A DNA stretch of 64,000 bases from Thermoanaerobaculia bacterium (GTDB lineage Bacteria; Acidobacteriota; Thermoanaerobaculia; Multivoradales; Multivoraceae), in the NCBI GenBank assembly GCA_963666565.1, contig OY762911.1, forward strand, positions 2,016,001-2,080,000. The letters are read 5' to 3'. A program made the translations under genes and the position numbers. The notes under the pieces were generated by a model. It did not search any database, was not told the origin of the DNA, and saw only the letters and a list, made by a program, of their open reading frames with translations. Shown here piece by piece: positions 18,321-26,695 of the stretch (positions are counted from its first letter, which is position 1; each line of letters opens with the position of its first letter).

Positions 18321-19472
18321 ATGGAACCCTCGACCGGTGGTGCCGAAAACGTCCAGTCCGGAAGGAGTGCGGCAGCGGTCGTGTCCGCTGGTAGGGCCCG
18401 ATCCCGATGCTTGAGCGGGAGCCCGCTGGGTACGCAGCGGGTTCATGCCGCTATCCGCTGGCGATTGGCCTCCGTTTCCGGCGCCGCGTTCCTCATGGCA
18501 ACCGCGGCTGCTCATCCGGCTGCGACCGCGGACGAAGGCGGTCCGACGATCGATCTCGCGAAGCGAGCCGGCGCCCGCGTCCTGGTCACCGTCGACGGCG
18601 AGCCCTTCACCGAGTACCGGCCCGGCGGCGAGGCCGATGGCGGCGGCCACCTGCCGTACCTGTACCCGGTCTACGGCCCCGGCGGGCAGGCGCTCACCCG
18701 CAACTGGCCGATGGCCGAGGCGGAAGGCGAGGAGCGGGACCATCCGCATCACCGTTCCCTCTGGTTCGCTCACGGCGCCGTTGGCCCGGCCGACGGCTCG
18801 GAGCGCCACGACTTCTGGACCGGCCGCGACGGTTCGGCGATCGTCCACCGGGAGATCCTGGCCGCCGAGTCGGGCGCGGCCGGCGGCCCGGGCCTCCTGC
18901 GCACGGCCAACGTCTGGCTCGCACCCGGCGGCGCCGAGGTGCTTCGCGAGGAACGTGCGATGACCTTCCGCGCCGGCGCTTTCGACGGCGGCCAGGCCTG
19001 GCGCGCGATCGACTTCGACATCCGGCTTCGGGCCGGCGGCGCGGCCGTCGTCCTCGGCGACACGAAGGAAGGCACGATGGCCATCCGCGTCGCGCCGACT
19101 CTCCGCCACCAGGGCGAGCGCGCCGCCGGCGCCATGCTGAACAGTGAAAGCGTCGAAAGCGCCGCCGTCTGGGGCAAGCGCGCCGCGTGGGTCCACTACA
19201 GTGGCCCGGTCGACGGCAGGCCGGTCGGCATCGCGATCTTCGACCACCCCGGGAACTTCCGCCACCCGACCTGGTGGCACGCCCGCGCCTACGGCCTGTT
19301 CGCCGCCAACCCCTTCGGCGTCCACGACTTCGAGAAGGCGAAGAAGGGCACCGGCGCCTGGACGATTCCGGCGGGCGGCGAGCTGCGGTTGCGGTACCGG
19401 CTGCTGTTTCACGACGGCGAGGTGGCTGCGGAACAGCTCGCTGGGGAACTGGCGCGCTACGGCTCTGAGTGA
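18321..19472 (+). CDS. DUF6807 ('PmoA family') secreted carbohydrate-related protein, not methane monooxygenase; start uncertain
   Basis: PYLYPV, DHPHHRSLWFAHG, DTKEG, DHPGN..HPTWWHARAYGLFAANPFG; GAGGAG before ATG 18321. Confidence 0.75.
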   Translation: MEPSTGGAENVQSGRSAAAVVSAGRARSRCLSGSPLGTQRVHAAIRWRLASVSGAAFLMATAAAHPAATADEGGPTIDLAKRAGARVLVTVDGEPFTEYRPGGEADGGGHLPYLYPVYGPGGQALTRNWPMAEAEGEERDHPHHRSLWFAHGAVGPADGSERHDFWTGRDGSAIVHREILAAESGAAGGPGLLRTANVWLAPGGAEVLREERAMTFRAGAFDGGQAWRAIDFDIRLRAGGAAVVLGDTKEGTMAIRVAPTLRHQGERAAGAMLNSESVESAAVWGKRAAWVHYSGPVDGRPVGIAIFDHPGNFRHPTWWHARAYGLFAANPFGVHDFEKAKKGTGAWTIPAGGELRLRYRLLFHDGEVAAEQLAGELARYGSE

Positions 19473-19539
19473 CGGCGCACGGGCGATGATCGTGTGCGGA
19501 CGGCGTGGTTCGTCTCGAACCCGACCGGCGAGTTGTCAC

Positions 19540-19627
19540 AAGAACTTGTCTTTCTGGCAGAGATTCGCGCGCTTGGGCTAAGGTCCGCCACAATGATCCT
19601 CAACGCGCAGCAGCTTCGGCAGGCCGT
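19540..19627 (+). pseudogene. Diverged duplicate of the promoter and first codons of the downstream dcd-like gene
   Basis: atgatcctcaacgcgcagca is identical at 19593-19612 and 20149-20168; MILNAQQLRQAV vs MILNAQQIRRAV. Confidence 0.7.
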
Positions 19628-19782
19628 TTCACCAGCTCGCCGAGCCGACCGAGAAGCCCTGCGACGGCCCGTCTCCCCTGCGGGATCGCCGAAGAGCAGG
19701 CGGATTATCGGTCCGGTCGTATGCTCCGTCCGGGTTCCAGAGGCGCCCGCCCGTCGACGATGGGAGTGAGGATCCGTACACG

Positions 19783-20004
19783 ATGAGCCGTACGATTGGC
19801 GCCACGCAGTTCAGGAAACAGTGCCTCGCGATTCTCGATCAGGTGGACCGCGACGGCATCGTGATCACGAAACACGGGCACCCGGTGGCGAAGCTGATAC
19901 CAGTCAAGGGTACTTCCGGGCACTTGATCGGCTGCCTTCGGGGGAAACTGCGGCCTGCGGGCGACACGATGAGCACAGGCGTCAGGTGGGATGCTGAACA
20001 CTGA
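19783..20004 (+). CDS. Phd/YefM family antitoxin
   Basis: IGATQFRKQCLAILDQV...IVITKHGHPVAKLIP. Confidence 0.85.
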   Translation: MSRTIGATQFRKQCLAILDQVDRDGIVITKHGHPVAKLIPVKGTSGHLIGCLRGKLRPAGDTMSTGVRWDAEH

Positions 20005-20053
20005 CTCCGACATCCTCGTCGACGCCCTGGAAGGAGAGGCGAGACCGGCGTAG
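19991..20053 (+). pseudogene. Truncated VapC/PIN toxin remnant
   Basis: Overlaps the antitoxin end; MLNTDSDILVDALEGE resembles a PIN N-terminal strand (xLDTxxL); stop after 20 aa. Confidence 0.5.
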
Positions 20054-20148
20054 CGAAGCAGCGGCTTGTTGTGGTTCGACCGAGCGGAGCGTCCGAAGAT
20101 CTTGCCCGTTTCGTGGAAGTTCGGCGGCTTGCGCTAGGGTCGCGGCAG

Positions 20149-20832
20149 ATGATCCTCAACGCGCAGCAAATCCGGCGGGCTGTGGAGGGCGGTGACATTC
20201 GGATCGAGCCGTACGACGAGGATCAGTTGCAGGCGGCCACCTACGACCTGCGGGTCGGTGCGCAGGGCGCGACGACCAGCACGAAGAAGGTGTTGGACCT
20301 CCGTTCAACCGGCTATCTCTCCATCGAGCCTGGCGACTTCGCGGTCGTCACCGTGCGCGAGGAGATTGCGCTGGGGCCGCAGCACGCCGGACGCTTCGGG
20401 CTGCGCTCGAAGTACGCCCGCAAGGGCCTCATTGCAACGACGGGGCCACAGATCGACCCCGGCTTCCACGGACGGCTGATCCTCGGCCTCACGAACCTGA
20501 CGCCCAAGGCCATCACGCTCTCGCACGACGACGACCTCGTGTCGGTCGAGTTTCACCAACTCGCCGAGCCGACCGAGAAGCCGTACGACGGTCCGTTCCA
20601 GGGGAAGACGAAGCTCGGTCCCGAGGAAATCGAGATGATCACCGAGAGTTCCGGGGGCATGGCCTTCTCGGAGGTGCTGACCACGCTCAGCTCGCTGAGC
20701 AAGAACGTGGCGACCCTCTCAAGGGACGTGCACGAACTTTCGGCCTCGATGAAGACGCAGCGCTGGCTCGTGCCCGTGCTCTTCGGATTCGTCGCGCTGC
20801 TGATCGCGGTGTTCGGGTTCCTCGGCGGCTGA
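20149..20832 (+). CDS. dCTP deaminase/trimeric dUTPase-fold protein with C-terminal coiled coil and TM anchor
   Basis: QAATYDLRVG, LRSKYARKGL, QIDPGFHG; C-terminus WLVPVLFGFVALLIAVFGFLGG. Confidence 0.8.
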   Translation: MILNAQQIRRAVEGGDIRIEPYDEDQLQAATYDLRVGAQGATTSTKKVLDLRSTGYLSIEPGDFAVVTVREEIALGPQHAGRFGLRSKYARKGLIATTGPQIDPGFHGRLILGLTNLTPKAITLSHDDDLVSVEFHQLAEPTEKPYDGPFQGKTKLGPEEIEMITESSGGMAFSEVLTTLSSLSKNVATLSRDVHELSASMKTQRWLVPVLFGFVALLIAVFGFLGG

Positions 20833-20859
20833 CGCCAGAGCTTGGCGGCCCGGCGCTCG

Positions 20860-21417
20860 CTACCGCAAGCGCGCCGGATCGAACATCGCGTAGATGCGGG
20901 TGTCCCGCAGTTCGCCCGCGTTGTCGAGGGCATCGTTCCTGAGCGTCGCTTCCCACTCGAAGCCGAGCCGCTCCGCCACGGCCCAACTGGGCTCGTTGCG
21001 GTCGTCCATCGTGATCTGAACGCGCTTCGCGCCGAGGGTCTCGAAGGCGAGGCCGATCAGCGCGCGGGCGGACTCGGAAGCGTAGCCGTGGCCGACGAAA
21101 GCGGAGAGCAACCAGTAGCCGATCTCGAACTTGGGCACGTCCCAGTTCGCGAACAGCGAGGAGCCGCCGACGATGCGCCCGGAGGACTTGAGCGCCAGCA
21201 GGACGTGGTACGCGGCTTCTTCTTCCAGTTCGGTCTGGGCCAACTTCAGGTAGGCCGCGAATTCGTCTTCGCCGTATGGCTTCTTTGCCCACGGCATCCA
21301 CTCGGTCAGTTCGGCGAAGGACGCCGCTATCGCGGCGATCAGTTCCTGGCCGTCCGCCGGCGTGGGCGGGCGGAGGATCAGCCGGTCGGTTTCGAGTTGG
21401 TCGGGGAAGCGGGACAT
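20860..21417 (-). CDS. RimJ/RimL-type GNAT acetyltransferase
   Basis: LETDRLILR, EIGYWL, GHGYASE, NEPSWAVAERLGF. Confidence 0.9.
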   Translation of the reverse strand: MSRFPDQLETDRLILRPPTPADGQELIAAIAASFAELTEWMPWAKKPYGEDEFAAYLKLAQTELEEEAAYHVLLALKSSGRIVGGSSLFANWDVPKFEIGYWLLSAFVGHGYASESARALIGLAFETLGAKRVQITMDDRNEPSWAVAERLGFEWEATLRNDALDNAGELRDTRIYAMFDPARLR

Positions 21418-21443
21418 TGGAGTCGACTGCCCGTTTCGGCTTC

Positions 21444-22457
21444 TCAGTCGGCTTCGGGCGGAAGGTACTCGTCGCCTACGGTGCGCCCGCCGTTGCCGTT
21501 CGGGCGGTTCAACCGGCCCGACAGGGCATCCCGGGCAATCTGGACCGCGCTCAGGATGGTCTCCGTCGAGCGGACGCCGACGTAGTCGGAGAACGCCTTC
21601 AGGTTTCCCTCGTCAGCGGCTTCGAGTGCCCGGATGTACGCGGGTTTGCCCTCGGCGGTCACCACGGGAGGCGGCAGGTGCCGCTTCACGTAGGCCCACG
21701 CCATGAGCAGCCGCGAAACCCGTCCGTTGCCGTCCTGGAACGGGTGGGTGCGAACGAAGCGGTGATGCAGCCAGGCGGCCTCCACGTTGACTGGATAGCT
21801 CCGTTCGCGGATGTCGTCGTCGTACAGGGCGAGGAAGCGGCGCATCTCCGGGTCCACCTGCTCCGGCGGGCAGTACTCGTGAACGAGCCCGTCGGCGCGG
21901 CGCGGGTTGTTGGGCCTCGTCTTCCACTCGCCCTTGCCGCGGAACTCGACCTGAACGCGCCGGCCCTGGAGGTCGAGGCCCGTGATTGTCTCCTGGTGCC
22001 GCGTCAGCAGGGCGTGCCAACTTTTCATCATGTACACCGACAGGGGGCGGCCGCTGGCGACATCCTCGAACATCATGTCGTAGGCGGCCTCCTGGTCCCG
22101 CAGCAGGCCCCGCAGAGTGCGGTCCTCGATCCCCTCGAGAGTGTGCGCCCCCACCGCGCCGGCGAAGCCCTCCGCGATGAACTGCTCGGTGACGCCCCGC
22201 CGCAGCGTGTACAGCCCCTCGATCTGGCCGGTCTCCAGGGCGAAGGCGCGCACCCGCTCCCGCAGCCAGCCGTTCAGGAAGCGCGACTCGGGGGAGCCGT
22301 CCTTGATCCCGCCCAGGCATTCGTTCCACTCGGCCTCGAGGTCGGCGTAGCCGGGCATCGTCCAGCCTTCCGCGCCGTCCGGCATGCCGGTCAGTGGCTT
22401 CCACTGCTCGGGGGCCTGCGCGGCCACTGCCAAACTCCCGTTGCGTCTTCGGTCCAT
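21444..22457 (-). CDS. Fic family protein
   Basis: Canonical HPFQDGNGRVSR motif; N-terminal TGQIEG inhibitory-like motif. Confidence 0.9.
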   Translation of the reverse strand: MDRRRNGSLAVAAQAPEQWKPLTGMPDGAEGWTMPGYADLEAEWNECLGGIKDGSPESRFLNGWLRERVRAFALETGQIEGLYTLRRGVTEQFIAEGFAGAVGAHTLEGIEDRTLRGLLRDQEAAYDMMFEDVASGRPLSVYMMKSWHALLTRHQETITGLDLQGRRVQVEFRGKGEWKTRPNNPRRADGLVHEYCPPEQVDPEMRRFLALYDDDIRERSYPVNVEAAWLHHRFVRTHPFQDGNGRVSRLLMAWAYVKRHLPPPVVTAEGKPAYIRALEAADEGNLKAFSDYVGVRSTETILSAVQIARDALSGRLNRPNGNGGRTVGDEYLPPEAD

Positions 22458-22540
22458 CCGGCCGCGATGCTACTACTGGGCCGGCGGTCTCGGCCGTCCA
22501 TCGTGACCTGAACGCGCTTGGCGCCGCGCGGCGCAAGCTC

Positions 22541-23308
22541 CTAGTCGAACGCGGGTCTGACCGGCTTCTTCGTCTCCGGCGCCCAGATTCGGATCTGGCT
22601 GAAGCGGCCGGTGTCGTCGAACGACCCGAAGCCGACGCGGCCCCAGCCGAGCGGGTCGCGGTCGGCCGAGACGGTCGGCTGCTTCTCGTCGTCGAAGTAG
22701 ACCCGTAGCGAGCCGTCCTGGCGTTCGACGCGCACGCGCTTCCAGCCGCGGCCCCAGTCGACGCCTTCGTCCGGGATCGCGCCCATCGGCGTCCGGTCGG
22801 CGTTGTCGACCAGGAAGATGTTGTGGGCACGGTCGTCCGGCTCGGTGGCGAGGTGGGCGTAGTAGTAGCGGTTCGGTCCCTCGAAGCCGAAGAAGAGGCT
22901 GAGGTCGCGGTGACCGTACTCGCGGCCGGTCTGCCAGGCCTCGGCTTCGAGGACGAAGTCGGCGAGCAGGAGATCGTCGATCAGGGCGATGTTGAGCGGC
23001 GAGCGGTGTTTCGGCTTGTACTTGCTGCCGCCCTTGAGGTCGAGGTAGCCGCGCCAGTCTCCCGCGCCGTACGCCCACGCTCGCCGGTCGCTGAACGTGA
23101 AGTCGTCGAGCGCGGAGGCCTCGGTGAAGTCCTGGGAGTAGACGAGTTCGTAGCCTTCCGGGACGTCGGACTGGGCGTGGAGGCCGCCGGCGGTGGCGAC
23201 GGCAGTCAATGCGGCCAGACTCAGCCAAACCGGCGCTTTGCGCCGGATGCCGGCGAGGGCGCCGGCGCACCCGGTGGGGCGCATCGCGAGACTGCGAACC
23301 GGGCCCAT
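22541..23308 (-). CDS. Secreted concanavalin-like beta-sandwich protein
   Basis: TGATG coupling to the upstream gene; signal peptide ending LHA-Q; GRVGFGSFDD; beta-rich. Confidence 0.7.
   Translation of the reverse strand: MGPVRSLAMRPTGCAGALAGIRRKAPVWLSLAALTAVATAGGLHAQSDVPEGYELVYSQDFTEASALDDFTFSDRRAWAYGAGDWRGYLDLKGGSKYKPKHRSPLNIALIDDLLLADFVLEAEAWQTGREYGHRDLSLFFGFEGPNRYYYAHLATEPDDRAHNIFLVDNADRTPMGAIPDEGVDWGRGWKRVRVERQDGSLRVYFDDEKQPTVSADRDPLGWGRVGFGSFDDTGRFSQIRIWAPETKKPVRPAFD
23230..23284 (-). repeat. REP-like subfamily 2 copy inside the 5' coding region
   Basis: On +: ccggcgc-ttt-gcgccgg hairpin, then gccggcg-aggg-cgccggc-gcacccggtg..gcgcat. Confidence 0.65.
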
Positions 23309-24780
23309 CAGACGGTCCGCGGGACGACGAAGGGTTCCCGGTACTCGCGAGTGAGCATCCTGTTCGCCTCCGGGTCGCCTTCGATCGTCTCGGTGTCCGG
23401 GTCGATCTCGAGCCAGGGCCCGACGATCGGCTGCTCGATCTCGAGGTCGACGCCGTTCCTGGCCAGGTGGTCGAGGAAGCGGTCCGGGGTGTCGCCGGCG
23501 TGGCGGAGCTTCGAGGCGATCTTCGACACCTTGGCGGGCCCCCCGGCTTCGCCGCGCAGGTAGGAGATGTTGCCGAGGTGGCAGAGCGCGCTCGACAGGT
23601 GGCCGTCCTCGATCGAGGCGGTCAGGTTGGCGGCGCGCCGGCTGCGCACAGCGTCCACGAAGTTCGCGTAGTGGTTGGCGCCGCCCTTCCAGGACTCCAG
23701 CTTCTTGCCCTTCTTGTCGTAGGCTGCGGCCTGCGTGTAGCTCGGGATCTGCACGTGGCCGCCCTCGCAGTGGACGATGACGCCGATGCTGGCGCCCAGG
23801 TAATCGTCCATGCCGTCGCGCCACTTGCCGGCCTGCGCCTTGGCGTCGCGCGGCAGGCCGCGGACCTCGAACAGCAGCGGCGCCCGCTCGTAGTCGTGGT
23901 ACACGAACTGCGTGTTCGGGGTGTTGCCGTCGTCGACGTAGCCGAACCGGCCGCCGACGCTGATCGTTCGCGGCGGCAACGCGGGCTCGCCCAGCGCCCA
24001 GCGCGCGATGTCCATCTGGTGGATGCCCTGGTTGCCCAGGTCGCCGTTGCCGGTGTCGAAGACCCAGTGCCAGTCGTAGTGCAGGCGCTCCCGCATCAGC
24101 GGCTTCTTCGGCGCCGGGCCGCACCACAGGTCGTAGTCGACGGCGGGATCGATCTTCTGCGCGCCTTCCACCCGGCCGATGCTCTCGCGCGGCTTGTAGC
24201 AGAGGCCGCGGGCGAGCTGGATCTCGCCGATGTGCCCTTCGTTGACCCAGGCCAGGGCCTCCCGGATCGAGGGCGACGAGCGGATCTGGGTGCCGGTCTG
24301 GACGATGCGGTCGTACTTGGCGGCCGCGTGGACGATCTGGCGGCCCTCCCAGACGTTGTGGGACACGGGTTTCTCCAGGTACACGTCCTTGCCGGCCTGG
24401 CACGCCCACACGGCCTGCAGCGCGTGCCAGTGGTTCGGCGTCGCGATGGAAACCGCGTCGATGTCGTCGCGCTCCAGGAGTTCCCGGTAGTCGACGAAGG
24501 TCATCGGAGCGGTCGCGCCGGCCTCGATCGCCTTGGCCTTGGCCGCTTCGAGCACGTTGCTGTCGACGTCGCAGAGGGCGGCGACTTCGACGCCGGGCAG
24601 CTTGGCGAACTGGTTGACGTGGTCCCGGCCGCGTCCGCGCAGGCCGACGACGGCGACGCGAAGCTGTTGGTTGGGACTCGCGGCTGTGGCCGTGCCGGCC
24701 GAAGCGCGGCATCCCAGAGTCGTCGTGGCGGCGGCAGCGGCGGCCGAGCCGAGGAAGACGCGGCGGGTGATGGCGGACAT
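23308..24780 (-). CDS. Gfo/Idh/MocA oxidoreductase (Tat)
   Basis: TRRVFL; VAVVGLRGRG; ATPNHWH; KDVYLEKP; GNQGIHQMD. Confidence 0.92.
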   Translation of the reverse strand: MSAITRRVFLGSAAAAAATTTLGCRASAGTATAASPNQQLRVAVVGLRGRGRDHVNQFAKLPGVEVAALCDVDSNVLEAAKAKAIEAGATAPMTFVDYRELLERDDIDAVSIATPNHWHALQAVWACQAGKDVYLEKPVSHNVWEGRQIVHAAAKYDRIVQTGTQIRSSPSIREALAWVNEGHIGEIQLARGLCYKPRESIGRVEGAQKIDPAVDYDLWCGPAPKKPLMRERLHYDWHWVFDTGNGDLGNQGIHQMDIARWALGEPALPPRTISVGGRFGYVDDGNTPNTQFVYHDYERAPLLFEVRGLPRDAKAQAGKWRDGMDDYLGASIGVIVHCEGGHVQIPSYTQAAAYDKKGKKLESWKGGANHYANFVDAVRSRRAANLTASIEDGHLSSALCHLGNISYLRGEAGGPAKVSKIASKLRHAGDTPDRFLDHLARNGVDLEIEQPIVGPWLEIDPDTETIEGDPEANRMLTREYREPFVVPRTV

Positions 24781-24853
24781 GTCGTTTCTCCCAGAGTCGG
24801 AAGCTGGCCCGTAGGCGGCTTCCGATTGTAGCGCCGCGGCTCCATACGAGACT

Positions 24854-25069
24854 GGCCGCCCGCTGGGTGCGCGGGTCTTCCGACCCGCTGCCGCCGGAGG
24901 CGGCCGGAGAGACGCGCCGGCCGGAGGCTGCCTCCGCTCCAGCGCCGGCCGCGCCGGCCGCGGCTGGTGCGGTCGCCGGGCGTTCGCCAGCGGCCCTTCG
25001 TCCGGGCTGCACCGCTCCGCGGCGCCGCCCGTGGGCGGGTCGGAAGACCCGCGCACCCAGCGGGCGGCC
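24854..25069. repeat. REPIN/MITE-like element with 35-bp perfect terminal inverted repeats
   Basis: ggccgcccgctgggtgcgcgggtcttccgacccgc (24854-24888) and its exact reverse complement (25035-25069). Confidence 0.9.
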
Positions 25070-25111
25070 CATGCCCGTCAGCGCCGCGCCGGCTGCTACC
25101 GTGGCCGGCGG

Positions 25112-26695
25112 ATGAAGTCGGTCGGACATCGGGGACCGTTTGCCGTTCTCGCTTCGGCGGGTCTAGCCGCCTGCTTCGTCGGATGCGTCGCCGACATGCC
25201 CGCCGAGCCCGCGGCGGCCCCCAACATCGTCTTCCTGCTGGTCGACGACCTGGGCGCCATGGACATCGGTGCCTTCAACCCGGACACCTTCTACGAGACG
25301 CCGAACATCGACCGGCTCGCGGCCGGCGGGGTGCGCTTCACCCGAGGCTACGCCGCGAATCCGGTGTGCAGCCCAACCCGCTTCAGCATCATGACCGGCC
25401 GGTACCCGACCCGGGTGGGCGCGACGAACTACTTCGCGGGCCGGCGGCAGGAGAAGTACGCGCCCGCTCCGCTCAACGACCGGATGCCGCTCGCGGAGTA
25501 CACGCTCGCCGAGGCGCTGCGCGACGGCGGCTACCGCACGGCATTCCTGGGCAAGTGGCACCTGGGGCCGACGGAGGAGTTCTGGCCGCTCGCCCAGGGC
25601 TTCGACGTGAATGTCGGCGGCCATCGGGGCGGCATGCCGCGGAGCTACTTTTCGCCCTACTCGAACCCGACGCTTCAGGACGGCCCCGAGGACGAGCACC
25701 TGACGGCGCGGCTGACCGACGAGGCGCTCGCCCTGCTCGACGGCTACGCGGCGGACGAGGAGGGCAGGCGCTTCCTGCTCTACCTTTCGTACTACACGGT
25801 CCACACACCGCTCGTGGCGCCGGCGGACCTGATCGCGAAGTACGCCGCCAAGGCAGGCGTCGAGGTCGGCGTGTCGGAGAAGCCGCCGGGCCGCGTGGCC
25901 GGCTATCCCGCCGACCCCGCCGATTTCGGCGACGAGGAGCAGATCTGGCCGCGCGACGAGCCGCGCCGGGTGCGCGAGGTGCAGAACCACGCGGTCTACG
26001 CGGCGATGGTGGAGACGCTGGACACGAGCGTCGGCCGCATCCTCGACCGCCTCGACGCCCTGGGTCTGGCCGAGAACACGATCGTCGTCTTCTTCTCCGA
26101 CAACGGCGGCCTGTCCACCGCGGAGGGGGCGCCGACCTCGAACCTGCCGCTCCGCGGCGGCAAGGGCTGGCTCTACGAGGGCGGCATCCGCGAGCCGACG
26201 ATCGTCCGCTGGCCTGCCGTGGCCCCGGCGGGCGCCGCGACGGCGGCCCCCGTCATCAGCATCGACTTCTACCCGACCTTGCTGGAGGCGGCCGGCGTCG
26301 ACCAGCCGGCCGGCGTCGAGATCGACGGCGTGAGCTTCGTGGACGTGCTCCGCGGCGGCGACGCGGGTACGGCGGCTGCCGCCGCGGCCGCCGAGCGCGA
26401 CCTGTTCTGGCACTACCCGCACTACGGCAACCAGGGAGGCTTCCCCGGCGGCGCGATCTCACGGGGTCGCTACAAGCTGATCGAGCGCTACGAGGACGGC
26501 CAGGTCCACCTCTACGACCTGGAGAACGACGTTGGTGAACGGAAGGACCTGGCCGCCGAGCAGCCCGAGCGGGTCGCCGAGATGCGAGCGCGGCTCCACG
26601 CCTGGTACGGCGAAGTCGGCGCCGAGTTCCTGAGCGCCCTGCCGGATGGCCCGGGACCCTGGCAACCGTCGGTGCAGGCCGGGGACGGCGGTTGA
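25112..26695 (+). CDS. Sulfatase (Cys-type, S1)
   Basis: PNIVFLLVDDLG, CSPTR, GKWHLG, SDNGG, LYEGGIREP. Confidence 0.95.
   Translation: MKSVGHRGPFAVLASAGLAACFVGCVADMPAEPAAAPNIVFLLVDDLGAMDIGAFNPDTFYETPNIDRLAAGGVRFTRGYAANPVCSPTRFSIMTGRYPTRVGATNYFAGRRQEKYAPAPLNDRMPLAEYTLAEALRDGGYRTAFLGKWHLGPTEEFWPLAQGFDVNVGGHRGGMPRSYFSPYSNPTLQDGPEDEHLTARLTDEALALLDGYAADEEGRRFLLYLSYYTVHTPLVAPADLIAKYAAKAGVEVGVSEKPPGRVAGYPADPADFGDEEQIWPRDEPRRVREVQNHAVYAAMVETLDTSVGRILDRLDALGLAENTIVVFFSDNGGLSTAEGAPTSNLPLRGGKGWLYEGGIREPTIVRWPAVAPAGAATAAPVISIDFYPTLLEAAGVDQPAGVEIDGVSFVDVLRGGDAGTAAAAAAAERDLFWHYPHYGNQGGFPGGAISRGRYKLIERYEDGQVHLYDLENDVGERKDLAAEQPERVAEMRARLHAWYGEVGAEFLSALPDGPGPWQPSVQAGDGG

Noticed and set aside
18321-19472. 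Methane monooxygenase pmoA
   Set aside because: A soluble secreted DUF6807-type protein with no multi-TM profile and no pmoB/pmoC.
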